The notes beneath the pieces are model-generated. The model searched no databases. It saw nothing but the letters and a program-made list of their open reading frames with translations, and was not told the DNA's origin. The position numbers and the translations under genes were made by a program. From assembly GCA_905178155.1 (NCBI GenBank), contig CAJINV010000002.1, positions 7,284,743 to 7,348,742 on the forward strand: 64,000 nucleotides of DNA, in the 5' to 3' direction. Every line of letters begins with the position of its first letter. Within the stretch, counting starts at the first letter, position 1. Of this stretch, positions 37,401 to 48,283 are shown in pieces. The stretch is from Amoebophrya sp. A120. Its lineage: Eukaryota; Protista; Dinoflagellata.

Positions 37401-39722
37401 CATCTCCCGCTCAACCAGCTTTTATCCAACTACCTGCAAAAAGCAGGGACGAGTTACAAGCGAAAGGCGGATCGCAAGGTTTCGATTGTGGAGCTAGAGC
37501 ACTTGACACCGATTATCGTCCACGGTATGAAGTACTTCGAAAAAAAGTCGCAGAATACGGAGAGGTTGTTGATCCAAACGCTTCGGGAGTTGAATTTCCG
37601 ACGCGAAGTGGAGGCGGAGAAAAATGAAAGGCAATGGCTCAGCCCGACTGCTTTTGGAAACAAGACGAGAGCCAGCGCAGGAACCAATCCGTCTGTTTTT
37701 TCGCAAAATGCAGCTCGACAAGGTGCGAGTGGCGCGGCGGCGACAGCACCGACTCTCTTCAGTACCAGATACAACAACAACAGCAATGTTGCCTCATCTA
37801 CAACAACGCCGAATGCGAACGCATTCGCGAGCAGATACACCAGACAAAGCGAGCGCGATTCGGAGGAGTTGTTGATGCTGCGGGAAATGGCGAGGGCTGT
37901 GCAGGAAATGCGACGCGACCAGCAATTGGAAAAGCTTGGGACGGTAGTTCGAGAGGAGCACAACAAGAAAATAAACGTAGCCCGGGAACAAACCCAAGGA
38001 GCGGTGGGGACTTCGGATGAAGATGATCTTCACGACGAAGAAGGTCATACTACTTCGCGACAACAAACATTCTCGGATGTTGTTGGCGACGCTGAGACCG
38101 TAAACGTGGCGCGTAACTTTCACCCCGGTAATGAAGAGCAGAGAATGCGAAGACTGCTGGACGAGATGGGGACGGAATTTTCGATCTTTCCGAAGAAGAA
38201 AGTCCCGGACTTTTTCCCAATGCTGCCCGATCCAGGACGAGGAAAGCAAATACATAGCGGGCAAGAGCCAGTCGTGGCAGAATATGCCAGTACGCGTAAC
38301 GGCGACCCGCCTCCGCGACACGAACAGCAGCATCATAAAGGTCATCACTTGCCGCGCTCCACCTCCACTGCTGGAAGGGCGCAGCATAAGAAGGCCGAGC
38401 TTGGCCGCCGTCCTGCACGGTCGCCCGGCCACTCTCACAGGGCCCATGCGCCAGGTGGGTCCTCTGCGCATCATCAGCAGACGCAAGCGGTGCATCACCA
38501 TGCGCCAATTAGCGACGCAGATCAGCACTTCTACAATCATCATGGTCCTGCTCGTCACCAGGAGGACGCGCCACAGCCTACAACGGCAATTTCTCACTTG
38601 CCCCAGCACCACCACAAGCGTCACCTTGCGGGCGTGGCTGGTGAAGCCGATGCACATGGAACTAAAGAGGCGCATGAGAAACCAGCTGTCCTCTGGCGCA
38701 GCACTGTGGAGTACTCCACTGAGGAGATGATGAAGCGGCTGAAGCGGGATACCCGGTTCGCTGTAAAGCTACCGTATGAAAGAAACCTTGTCTCATCAAC
38801 CGCCAGAAGTCGTGCTAGAAAGCCTCAGAAGAATGCTCATGCGCACCACAACGACCACGTTGACGACAATTATCCTGCCCTGGGCCTCGGTCACGACATT
38901 GGAAAATTTGAAGCAAGAAGCAAAGCGAGCGCAGCTTTAGGACGAGCAGAGACAGCCACGCTGGAGCACCACAAGGAGAAATCGACGCCGCCCTCTCCTA
39001 TGCAGCAGGATCATCGGCACGAGGTCGAGGACGGAGAAAAAAACCACAGCGGCACACCGACGGACCGGTCGCGGTTCCACCATACGTTGACAGCGGCAGA
39101 AGATCGTGCGGGGCATCGACAGGTCGAGCATCTACGTCCTGGTGGGAAGCACCATCATAGCCACGTTCACGCAAGGCCACACACTAAGATCACGAGGCTC
39201 AATACAGACAAGAAAGTTGTTGTATCACATGAAAGTCAACATCAAGATGGCGACCGTGGCGCGCTGTCGCAACAAGGGACGACAAACGAGAATCAGCATA
39301 GCCGCGACGATCGTGAAGGAGTGCACGACCTCCATGCTGCCAAACCTGCGGCGCCGGTCCCGAAAAGAACGGCTGCTCCCTTGCAGTTTTATCTAGAAGA
39401 GGTTGAGGACCACGAGAACGATCCAATTTTGGCCTCCGAAGTTGTGCCGAAAACGGACTCGAAGCCCAGCAACAGAAACTTGTCTATCGGTGCGGCGATG
39501 GAATTGCTTTGCGGAAACAGCAACAGATCCACTTCGAAGACGTCATGGTCTAGTGATAGTTGCAGCAGAAAATCTTCAAAAGCAAAGCCGCAATCGGAAC
39601 AAAGCTCTTCGAAGGACATGAACAAGAACTTCGTCATTCCACATTCCGATCTTGATGTAGAACAGCAGAGCGAAGCATGCCAAGAAATAACGGACGAACT
39701 CCTTTTTGCCACATCGACATAA
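34428..39722 (+). CDS. Hypothetical protein (1764 aa; coiled-coil and His/Ser-rich low-complexity segments)
   Basis: Uninterrupted 5.3-kb ORF; no family recognised; start codon uncertain. Confidence 0.75.
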   Translation: MFFSNGNYRSRAATEYAGRYGGGVLSAASAGSGSSSSSSSPNARLVAASAMVPAGKPTIGPATTSHDQWSERRRGLGRYSPERQRNIDERNEAASKRYESDEAFLQRINRGGSSTSAAKKKTTTHDMTFQDGDHQAHPTRNLPGSTPYSQPSRATAEQKVRSLKDAAKRFRSPFWELKDKFSDFPTSASDLTVPHKNLLQQIVRVLYPRKFYYKSSFNLNVNVLYRRLKLQKKKLEDLHLLSGRTTGVSVVLPGHVDERGTDAGGGGKAQMQKTAEDEQLKKLAGQEKEMRKRINIAEERIAELRDQIREKEQHRFLNTASTKISDTELMLLKYSPVDTERLLRRFLTRILIQNLGSGGDSGPRGEAGGPGVGNVGASSTTTGTTSSTLRKLFSIYLRDHGEDQTRSDTDVQGTKDRRASTTDSETDGLLRSSSSGEEEKSVGDHKMGEITRAGTIDLRSGAFTFSDLLKLQFVLQDWKQRGTLRNIVTDLVEEADAPGKETETSEPAPAPAEPGPSLRIMDFFEPNELKALFLAVDLLVAYHKSKRKPFEIKVPNEIFGDATAKEREEELRRLVPFGKSSGALSSSSSSASSGRNFLANFCGRESKERRVLLDKEMDLIVLAVNDCPVGIDEENVARTAMKVAADDESTNAAALPFAKQLSPNAVVAPQLQPAASEDLEVEGPSNSKKRVTFEGDTKTADTTTVKAGARAPSKPKSPPFSLGSFAAAAAAAKQTRTRLAEQRKEETFLLIALEDFEQDIGDGAESSDADGILSESSSSEGSPEDSENEEFARVPHSSEEEEGEEQTHLSAGTRTARSRSTSSFHRNSAASAASLRSFLAATATRGIATRAVVTRGSNGRGSAGVGDERHHVHLHADTKLANRQRAMEGNSAAVDDHEHQFSPHSRRPHAHLHRRENSQNEHADAKTRRRSPNGTAVTSKPRPGTTTLSSSTGAQLELQAPHAADHSAFPEAGATAQMSHNDQEHREQHDPHLPLNQLLSNYLQKAGTSYKRKADRKVSIVELEHLTPIIVHGMKYFEKKSQNTERLLIQTLRELNFRREVEAEKNERQWLSPTAFGNKTRASAGTNPSVFSQNAARQGASGAAATAPTLFSTRYNNNSNVASSTTTPNANAFASRYTRQSERDSEELLMLREMARAVQEMRRDQQLEKLGTVVREEHNKKINVAREQTQGAVGTSDEDDLHDEEGHTTSRQQTFSDVVGDAETVNVARNFHPGNEEQRMRRLLDEMGTEFSIFPKKKVPDFFPMLPDPGRGKQIHSGQEPVVAEYASTRNGDPPPRHEQQHHKGHHLPRSTSTAGRAQHKKAELGRRPARSPGHSHRAHAPGGSSAHHQQTQAVHHHAPISDADQHFYNHHGPARHQEDAPQPTTAISHLPQHHHKRHLAGVAGEADAHGTKEAHEKPAVLWRSTVEYSTEEMMKRLKRDTRFAVKLPYERNLVSSTARSRARKPQKNAHAHHNDHVDDNYPALGLGHDIGKFEARSKASAALGRAETATLEHHKEKSTPPSPMQQDHRHEVEDGEKNHSGTPTDRSRFHHTLTAAEDRAGHRQVEHLRPGGKHHHSHVHARPHTKITRLNTDKKVVVSHESQHQDGDRGALSQQGTTNENQHSRDDREGVHDLHAAKPAAPVPKRTAAPLQFYLEEVEDHENDPILASEVVPKTDSKPSNRNLSIGAAMELLCGNSNRSTSKTSWSSDSCSRKSSKAKPQSEQSSSKDMNKNFVIPHSDLDVEQQSEACQEITDELLFATST

Positions 39723-40410
39723 AGCACTGCTTTAGAAGCCGCGGGGCGACGAGTGACAGAAAATTTTTGACTTCATCTATTTGTTTCCTTGACGCCTTTG
39801 TCACAAGAAATTTCAATTTGTGCATTGCGTCCGCGGCGCATGCACTGTCCACTTTTTTAGATTCGTCCTGAGATAAGATAGAATTCGGTTTCTGGCTATG
39901 TCATTTGAATCGGTCTCTCCTCGTCCTTCCATGGCGCCGTCCGTTCAACACGCATTTACCTTCGGTTTCTGCTAGACCGGCGTCTGCTGCATTATTGCCG
40001 TGAACCTGCTGCAGAAAGTTCGGTAGTGCTCGTGCCTGTGTATGTATGTGCTGAATAAAGAGCTCGTCCTCGGTTTTCATCGTGCAGCACCAACATCTGA
40101 AAGGTCATGTCTTAGTCACTATCGTGCAACTGCTGTAAATACTTCCGCGAATTCGTTTTTCGTTCATGTCGTTTGCGTCCCGTCCCCTAGTCCACTAGTG
40201 GTGGTACGTCGTCTCAAGTCTTCAAACACTTCTAACACCCGCTATTCATAAATTTAACAGGACATTTGTAGGCTCCTATCTTCAAATCAAATACCACTAC
40301 ACATTAGCTATTTCCCCTTCCTCCAACATTGTCACCAGCCCGAAGTCGAACCCGGCACGATTTTTTCTCTTCTTCAGTAAAACGTCTATGACTATCTGTA
40401 AACCAGCACC

Positions 40411-43400
40411 ATGAATAAATCCAGCCGGGACATAAACGTCGATGACCTGATCACGCAAGTAAACGACATGGTCTTGTCCCGCAACCTCGACCTCACCGCT
40501 AACAGAAATATCATCTCCCCGTCCCGCCAAAGTATCCGTGTGTTTCCGCCCGCGGCACGTGAGCCATCTTCCGCAGTAGAACAAGCAGCTTCTAGCGTCT
40601 TTCTCTTCGCGACAGAGGCGGCCGTGCGCGGATCGAAAAACATGCTGACGAAGGCCGCTGCGACTGCGAAGGGCAGTGCTTCAGGATCCGCGTCTGCCGT
40701 GGCCAAAATGAAGGCGGCGGCGGCCAAAGCGACGGAGGGAAAAGCGAGATCTTCTGCGTCGACCGGAAACGCATTGACAAAAGCGGCCTCAGCCTTGGCG
40801 TCAACTGCGAAGCGGGGACCGCCAGGAGGGGGCGGGAAAAGCAACTCTGGGGCGCCCCCACCATCCACGAGTTTGAATTTGAAGAGCTTGACAGGTAGTG
40901 CTGGAAAAGTATCCTCCCCGCCGGCGGGCTCGAGAGGTACTACTACATCAGGGGAAAATAAAGACGCCAAAGCTCCTGCTGCAGCTCCGCCTACCAGTTC
41001 TTCTAAAGCCGCGCCGGCAACTGCAACGAGCACGCTTTTCCTCGCTCCAGCAGCCCCAGTAGCAAAGGCAAAGTCCTCTCCTCCGGCGGCCAGTACCAGT
41101 GGTACAACAACCTCTACTAGCGCCAATAAACCCGCTCAACAGCAACCTACCGGCAGAACCTCCTTCGCCCAGAACGCGTTTTCTAACCAGGCGGACCCAC
41201 AAAGTAACTACCTCCGCGAGCCCAGAACACCCCCCTTCCCCGAAGTCGATTTGCAGCAGAAAATTGACGACACGAACGCGGTGCTTGTCGCGGAGACGTT
41301 GCGACTTCAACTCGTCGAGGTCAGACAAGGGTACGACTTGGCGAAGAGGCAATTCCAGGACGACATGGAACGGCAGAAGAAAAAGTTCGAAGTCGGCCTG
41401 ACCCGAATGTCGGCACAATTGGAATCAACGATCGAATATCCATTGCAAAAGTATCGTACTCGTATAAATGCATTACAAATTCCCTCGGCATGAGGAATAA
41501 AATTTGTCATGCGGATTTACCTCAAGAAAAAAATTTGTAATGCATGACTGCAATTACTACGAGTACGATACTTTTGCACAGGATATCGAATTCCTCCAAC
41601 TCGACCACGAGGAGATGGTGCAGGAGATGAAGCAACAATTCGAATTAGAGAAGAAGCAAGCATATCAAATGTAAAAGTGTCTGGGTCTGGAAGGATGCAA
41701 GGTTTGTCATGCACATTTTGCGTGACTCCTGAATGTCTGCGATGCATGCCCTAGCATCACAGATATTGTGAGGGCGTTCTGATGCCTATACCGCATGAGA
41801 AATGCTCTCTCGCCGTGGCCAAAACCAGGCCTCTTTTGCTGTTCATGCAATACAGATTTGTGGATAATGCAGACGCAGCATCAACACAAGTTGCATTCTT
41901 CCAGAACCAGACATTTTTACATTTGATAAAGCGATGTCGGAATTGTCGAACAAGTTGGAACTCAAATCAAAGCTGGACCTGGACCAACTGAAGCAAAATT
42001 TAGAGGACGGAAGTGCGAACACCTTCACGGATTTGGAGGAAAAGTATGAGAATGAGAGGAAAGAGTTCGAAAAGCAGTTGATCGCGAAGTTCGACAAGGA
42101 GAAGCAGTTGATCAAAAAGCAGTTCGAGTCCGAACGGGACTTCAACTTCGCCAAGAAGGAGCAGGAACTGATGGCAAAGCTGGATGAGGAATCCAGGGAG
42201 TACAAGGAGCAACTGGATGCGAAACTGCAGAAGGAGAAGCAAGTGCTAGAAATGTCACTCAACCGCCGGATCAACTACGAGTACAAGCAGAAGTTTGAGC
42301 AGGCGTTTTCGGAGATAGAAAACCTCGAAAAGGAGTTGGAAGAGAACTTGGACAAGATCTCCAAAAATCCAGAAAACTTCATCGATATTGACGAAGTGTT
42401 GGAGAAGGAGTTTTCGAACTACGAGAAGAAGCCCGAAGAGTTTTTCGACAAACACCCCGTCGTGTTCAACTACCTGCAGACAAACAAAAACAACGTCCTT
42501 GCCGCTCTCAGCGAGAAGACCATCAAGATAAACTCGACGCCGTATGGGAACAAGGCCCAAATCCCGATTACGATGCGAACTTCGAATGGGAACGAGATGA
42601 AGACGAAGACGAATCCGAACAAAAACAAGGACAGCTTGGTCGCGAAGTCGGTGGAGATCAAGAAAATCGTCACGGAGGGAATGCACAGCATGATGCAAAA
42701 ATACAGCTCCAGCGAAGCGGAGGAAAGCACGAAGAGCAGCAATGACCGCGGTGGTCGTGGTGGGGCCGCTGGTGATGTTGCAGCTCGAGGAGGGAGGTTG
42801 TCGCAATTCAAGGAAAACGTGAAGCGGCCGGAATCCTTGCCTCGGAACCCGGATCAGTATCTGTCAAGGAACAAGACGGAAAAAGAGGGCAGTGAGGAGG
42901 ATTTTATGGTGGAATCGGGGAAGGAAGAAGATGTTTTGACGGTCGACGTGGATGCGCAAAGCACTCCCCGAGCTGCTCCGCCGAAGACATCGTCAAACAA
43001 GAAGGAATATAGTCAAGCCCCTTCGAGACAGCAATCCCCAGCAGCTGCTGTGCCTCAGCCCCCAATCACGTCGACCCCAATTTCCCGGCAGGATTCCATT
43101 CCCTCCTTCCCGAAGCTCCAGCAGCAATTCGACGCGGGAATCATCACCGCAGACGAGTTTTACGACCTGGTAAATCAGCAAGTGAACAAGAAGAGAGCGC
43201 TGTTTTCCATCAAGAAAATGGACAGCAAGAGCTTGATGAGACGAAACAGAAACGCCGGGAGACGCAGGTCCAGCAGTGACAGCGGAAGATCTCGGAGTGG
43301 GTCCGGAAGTAGCAGCTCTTCGTCCTCTGGGAGTAGCAGTGGCAGTTCGTCTGGGACTAGCAGCGGCAGCGAGTCGCTCGACGACGCAAGGAACAAAGCC

Positions 43401-44763
43401 CTGAAGTCGCCGACGTCGAGCAGTCCGGCCCTGGACATGGACGATTACTTAGAGAAAATCGTGGCAAAACAGCTGAAAAGACCGATTTCCAAGAACGCGG
43501 CTCTGTACGAGATCGACGACGAGGGGATGAATGCAGAGAACCACCATCACCACCACCACCATCACCACACTAAAGGAGACAGCACTGGTGCAAGTCGCTC
43601 ACTCTCCCTACCACCAATGCTGTCGCATGAAGGCCGAACGATGGTGATGGAGAACGCGATTCAAGTGTACGAAATTTCCCGCCAGCCAGAAAAAGCGGTG
43701 TTGCTGTTCCCACCCCCCAGACGAAACATCGATCGAGGTTTCGACCACGACGACGGCAGGGCGCTGTTTTCCTCCTCCAGTACTCGAAAAATCGAGTTTG
43801 ACGGACGAAATTTGCGGAACCGGGCGAGCTCTTTGAAGAGGCAGTACGTGCGGGCCACGCAGGTTACGCCGGACACGGTGCTGCACGAAAGGCAAATGCT
43901 GCGGGAAGAAGCGGGATTGGAATCCAGCAGGCAGCACGTGGTACTAGCCTTTGTTCTTCGGAATTTTCTTGCTTCGAATTATTTTGTTTTTTGTGCTGTG
44001 TAAATCTAAATTTGTATTTTCTCTTTGCCTGTTTTGCAATAACCGACGTGGTAAACACGACACTTTAGACCCTCCTTAGGCATGAAGATGATGATGATCG
44101 ACTTCAAAATTACAAACACAGAACGCCAAGTCTCCGCTCCTCGACCCGGCTGGAACGAGATTTAGCACGCCAAAGATCCGCGGGATTGTGCCTTCTGAAC
44201 TGCACCAGGATCATCATGGACACCATCACCACCACTCGTCCCACGGGCACCACCATCATCACCCTCACATCAGCCAGACACACCAAGCTCACCTAGAAGG
44301 ACTCGGGCATGATAGTCCTCCTCATGCGCACGAGAACCACACACATCGTGGTCCTCATACTAGTGCTACTCATCATCATAGCCAGCACATGCCACACCTT
44401 CACTTGAATCAACAATCCGCACACCACCATCACCAGCATCACTACCACCCGCATCTGCGAATCCCGGAATCCTTGAAGCAGACCGTCCAGCCGTCGAGCT
44501 TAGTCCACGATTTGACCAAAGATTTCTCAGACGTTTTGAACAGAGTTACGAAGTACAATTCCAAATCCACCTGGCCCCAATCCGAAGAGCCGAGATTTGA
44601 AGCCGCCCAGGGAACAGTGAATAACCCGACTTTGCCAACCTACGTGAAAGTGCGCGACGCGGACAGTCCGGGGGCGTCGCACCGAATGATGCTCGGCCTA
44701 ACCCCGAAGACGGCGGACGTGTTTCGGCCGAGGAGGTACTCGATTGGGTCAGAACAAGCGTAG
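40411..44763 (+). CDS. Coiled-coil protein with Ala/Ser-rich N-terminus and His-rich C-terminus; exons 40411-41436, 41591-41662, 41934-43940, ~44122-44763
   Basis: Removing the two TIR elements joins STIE|FLQLDHEEMVQEMKQQFELEKKQA|MSELSNK into a continuous E/K-rich coil. The last junction is a putative phase-0 GT-AG intron 43941-44121 (less certain). Confidence 0.75.
41437..41585. mobile_element. TIR introner-like element, family B (149 bp, TSD TCGAA)
   Basis: TATCCATTGCAAAAGTATCGTACTCGTA...TACGAGTACGATACTTTTGCACAGGATA; TCGAA at 41432-41436 and 41586-41590. Confidence 0.95.
41663..41928. mobile_element. TIR introner-like element, family A (266 bp, TSD AAGCA/AAGCG)
   Basis: TATCAAATGTAAAAGTGTCTGGGTCTGGAAG...CTTCCAGAACCAGACATTTTTACATTTGATA; TSD has one mismatch. 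Confidence 0.93.
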
Positions 44764-45667
44764 TAGATCAAGTAGAACAAGCTACTTGTGTCTTCATTGT
44801 GCAACTCGAGTTGTGCTAGCCTCTCACACATCACGTAGTTTGTTTTTCATTTTCCATGTTGTGTTGTTCGAAATCGAACTGCACCACACATGAGCCGGCA
44901 AAGATTACAAGCTAGTTTTGCCACTCACGACCTTGAATTTTGGGTTTTTTAACGCACTACCAGCATTGTCCCTGTCAGTCAGATTTAGATTCAGATTGAG
45001 ATTCTCTATTGAATGCATTACCCTTTAAATTGTATCCACATTGCCCGTAGCGTGAAGAAATTTTCTCCCCGCTGTTTGCACAGCAGTCTAGAGCTCATTC
45101 CTGGAGCATTTTCAATGAACGATCATGGTTTGAGCCTGCCGAACGATCTTTTCCCATTGCTTCCTGACCCATAGTTTTCGTAAAATTATTTACGCCCGTT
45201 GCCGGACGGACGGTCGGGTCACACGACGACCGCGCTCCTTTACTAACAGCACTAGGTTCTATTTCTCCTTGTTGTTCATCTGTCCAAAGTAGTTCTTGTG
45301 TGCGCTACTCGAATTTCAATTTCAAAGTGGCGTTTACCGTCAGTCGTTATCGTTTCGAAAAATGTCGTCGAGAAAAGCAAAATTATGTTTTCGTGGAGGT
45401 TTAGAGGGCATGAAGCTGGCGCGAAAAGCAACACAATAGCGAGAGTGGCGAGCTGCAAAATTCGTTGCAAAGGAGTTGTTGTAGTTGAGAGGAGCAATCA
45501 AATGAAAATTTCGCAGTTCGTAGTTCGTAGTTGGAACTTCGGACGAAGAAGCGGGTCATCATTCTAGATTTCAGTATAGATGAAATAGAGCAAGAGGTAG
45601 AACGGTATAGCAAAAGTGAAACTGAGCAAGGAGTGAAATCAAGGACTGTCGCGGCTCGGGAAGGAAG

Positions 45668-47521
45668 ATGGAAGACACGACCTCAAGCCCTTCAAGAACC
45701 GCAGTGGCGTCGCAGTCCTGGGGCTCCTGGCTGTTCCAAAAGCTTTTCGGCTTTCCAAGCTTCGCAACAACCTGCTCCGGTGGAGGCTGTAGCAGTACAA
45801 TTTCTGGCACGACCACAGATTCATCATCGGGAGCTGCCAACGCACTAACTTCCTGCCCGGGTGGAAGTAGAAACAAACTCTCGATCTTTTCCTGCCGAAA
45901 AACCAATGGCGATGCTCAGGATGAAGAACTGTACGTTACCGATTTAGTCTCTTCAACGACCGGAGCGTCCCCGGTTTTCCCCTACGCCCCGGCTGCGTAC
46001 GCCCCGGCTAGTACTCTCTCCGGAGATGCACCGTCGGCCACGGGTGTTGTAGGAGGCGGAGGTCTTCTTGTTCCTCCTAACATGAATTTTATCCCAACGG
46101 TCGGAACGACATCAAGTCAATTTCAGCAGAACAACTCTGACAACAGTTATTCCCGCAGTGCCAGCAGTTCTAAGTCGAGCGTTGCCGCCACTACCACCTC
46201 CTTCACCTCCGGCTTTCGCTCGCCGGTGTTCCCGATGCCGCCGAACCTGAAAAACCCAAACACTTTCAACTTCCACCAAAGGCAGTCTTTCGGCCAGCAC
46301 AACCGCGCCTCCGCACCGCTTCCGCCGAAAGCGAAGCATCTCCTGGACGACTTGCGGCTGCCGAAGAAGACGCCGACCAGGATTCCGGTCGGAGTTTTAG
46401 ACGCGAGAATCAACGTGAACAGTAGCATGGAGGAGAAGGGGGAGGCACTGTTGGCCTTGTACAGGGAGTTCGTGGGCGACATGATGTTCGGCGGCGGTAT
46501 GGAGATGGAGCGGGTTTCCACCGTGTTACGCCACGGTGGCCACCAGTATCGCGGTGGCAATCTGAACAAGATGTTTCGCACGAGCGGGAATGGGGCCACG
46601 GGTTTTCAATTCGAGAAATTCGACCGGAAGGAGGTGCATCTCCAGCTGGACCTGAACGACACGAGCTCTTTGAAGATCAACGAATTGGACGGTCGCGTGG
46701 TCGAGTTTCCCTTGGCTGCGGTCAAGCGGGTATCGCGGATGCAGGGCACGAACAATTCGACGAATGAGGTCGACAGTCCGACGGGAAACCGACGACACAC
46801 TTCAGCAGCAGGAGAGCACTTCGTTCTTATCGAATTCCACAAGAAAAAGCTTGCCTTTGCGGTAAAATCGCTGTTCGAGAGCCAGAAATTTGTCCTCTGC
46901 ATGGATCTGCTAGTGAGCCAGGTGCAGGAGAAGACGGCTGCTAGTGCTGGCGGGTTTCCCACAACCACGACCACGAACGACAACTACGGCCGGAGTTTCG
47001 CAGCTTCTTCAGGCGCATTTATCGGGCCAAACAAAGTCCCCATAAACCTCTTCGATAAAGGAACCGCTACCGAGCAGATCAAACGCGGCTTCCAGAACTT
47101 TCTGCACGTCGTCACTAGTCCAAGTTCGATGTTCCGAGAAACGGCGCAGGCAGACAGTAATTCGTCATTGTACAAAGCAAAAACGCGGCCGCCAGGAACT
47201 ACTGCAACTACAACACAGTATCTGCTCGAAGTCGAGCAGCCTGACTTTCCTCCGAAATTCGAGATGCAGGTACTATCGAATGTGGACGAGGTTGCGGGCA
47301 TGAAATCCGGGAAAAAGCTACCGTCGTTCCTCGCAAATTCCCCCAATAGCACCGCCATCGGTGGGAGAAATAGTCCGTTCAAACGGAGCCCGGGCGCGTC
47401 CCGCGGGACCATTCCGAAACCAAATCGCGGGTCGGCTGGGTTACCTCCCAAGCCGTTTTCACTCCCGGGAGCGGAATCGAAGTCAACTGCGGCTTCAAGT
47501 GCGAAGTCGCCGGTCGTGTGA
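45668..47521 (+). CDS. Hypothetical protein (617 aa) with a possible central PH-like (ISP-like) domain
   Basis: Single ORF. The globular-looking core YREFVGDMMFGGG...VHLQLDLNDTSSLKIN...VVEFPLAAVKRV...FVLIEFHKKKLAFAVKSLFESQKFVLCMDLL has a beta-strand plus C-terminal helix pattern typical of PH folds. The domain call is tentative. Confidence 0.65.
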   Translation: MEDTTSSPSRTAVASQSWGSWLFQKLFGFPSFATTCSGGGCSSTISGTTTDSSSGAANALTSCPGGSRNKLSIFSCRKTNGDAQDEELYVTDLVSSTTGASPVFPYAPAAYAPASTLSGDAPSATGVVGGGGLLVPPNMNFIPTVGTTSSQFQQNNSDNSYSRSASSSKSSVAATTTSFTSGFRSPVFPMPPNLKNPNTFNFHQRQSFGQHNRASAPLPPKAKHLLDDLRLPKKTPTRIPVGVLDARINVNSSMEEKGEALLALYREFVGDMMFGGGMEMERVSTVLRHGGHQYRGGNLNKMFRTSGNGATGFQFEKFDRKEVHLQLDLNDTSSLKINELDGRVVEFPLAAVKRVSRMQGTNNSTNEVDSPTGNRRHTSAAGEHFVLIEFHKKKLAFAVKSLFESQKFVLCMDLLVSQVQEKTAASAGGFPTTTTTNDNYGRSFAASSGAFIGPNKVPINLFDKGTATEQIKRGFQNFLHVVTSPSSMFRETAQADSNSSLYKAKTRPPGTTATTTQYLLEVEQPDFPPKFEMQVLSNVDEVAGMKSGKKLPSFLANSPNSTAIGGRNSPFKRSPGASRGTIPKPNRGSAGLPPKPFSLPGAESKSTAASSAKSPVV

Positions 47522-48283
47522 GACACAGTGCAGATCTCAGCACGAACAGGTAGCGCGGCCGCGGCTCCATAATGGAAATTACCAAATATTTAAATGATGA
47601 AAATTACACTTACAACACACGACATAAACCAAAAAGTGAATGTTTCGCATACGAACTAAACACGTTGCTGGGTTGCACGTCCTCAAGCATAGCATTCTGT
47701 CTCCGTGCTCGCTGGCTAGTATTCGTTTCTTGAGAATAAAGGAAAACCAAAGAGACATATCTGGTCGCAACTTGACAACTTTTTTTCACGCACTAAAATT
47801 TAGAGGGCGAGGGCGGGATGTGGCCGCCCGCGCCCCCTCCGATGTGCTACAATCTGGGAGCGGACACGTTAGTTGGTTCCGAGACCAGCACTCGACGTTT
47901 TCGTCATTTCGATGCCCTGTCCCTGGTTGTCATCGTCACCGAGTGAGTGAGTTTAGCGGGTTGTTTGACGGCGAGGTTTTCTGAGGATTCCAAACAGATG
48001 AAGCACCAGTAAGCGAGTCCAAGAGGGTACGGTGCGGCCGAAGAGGAAGATCAATCTGTTGTCGCGAATCGTGCTTAGAAGAATACGCGGCCTGCGCACG
48101 AGCACGTCCTACGAAGTCGTACGATCAGGATCATGCCTGCTATGGCACCAGCTATGAGTAGAAGACACGAATAAAACATATCAAGAGCAGGGCTGTAGTA
48201 GACGACCCTTTGGATTTAGAGAATACAGAAAATTTGTTGTTCACGATTCTATCACCAAGTTTATTGTTTCATCTTTCTCAAAC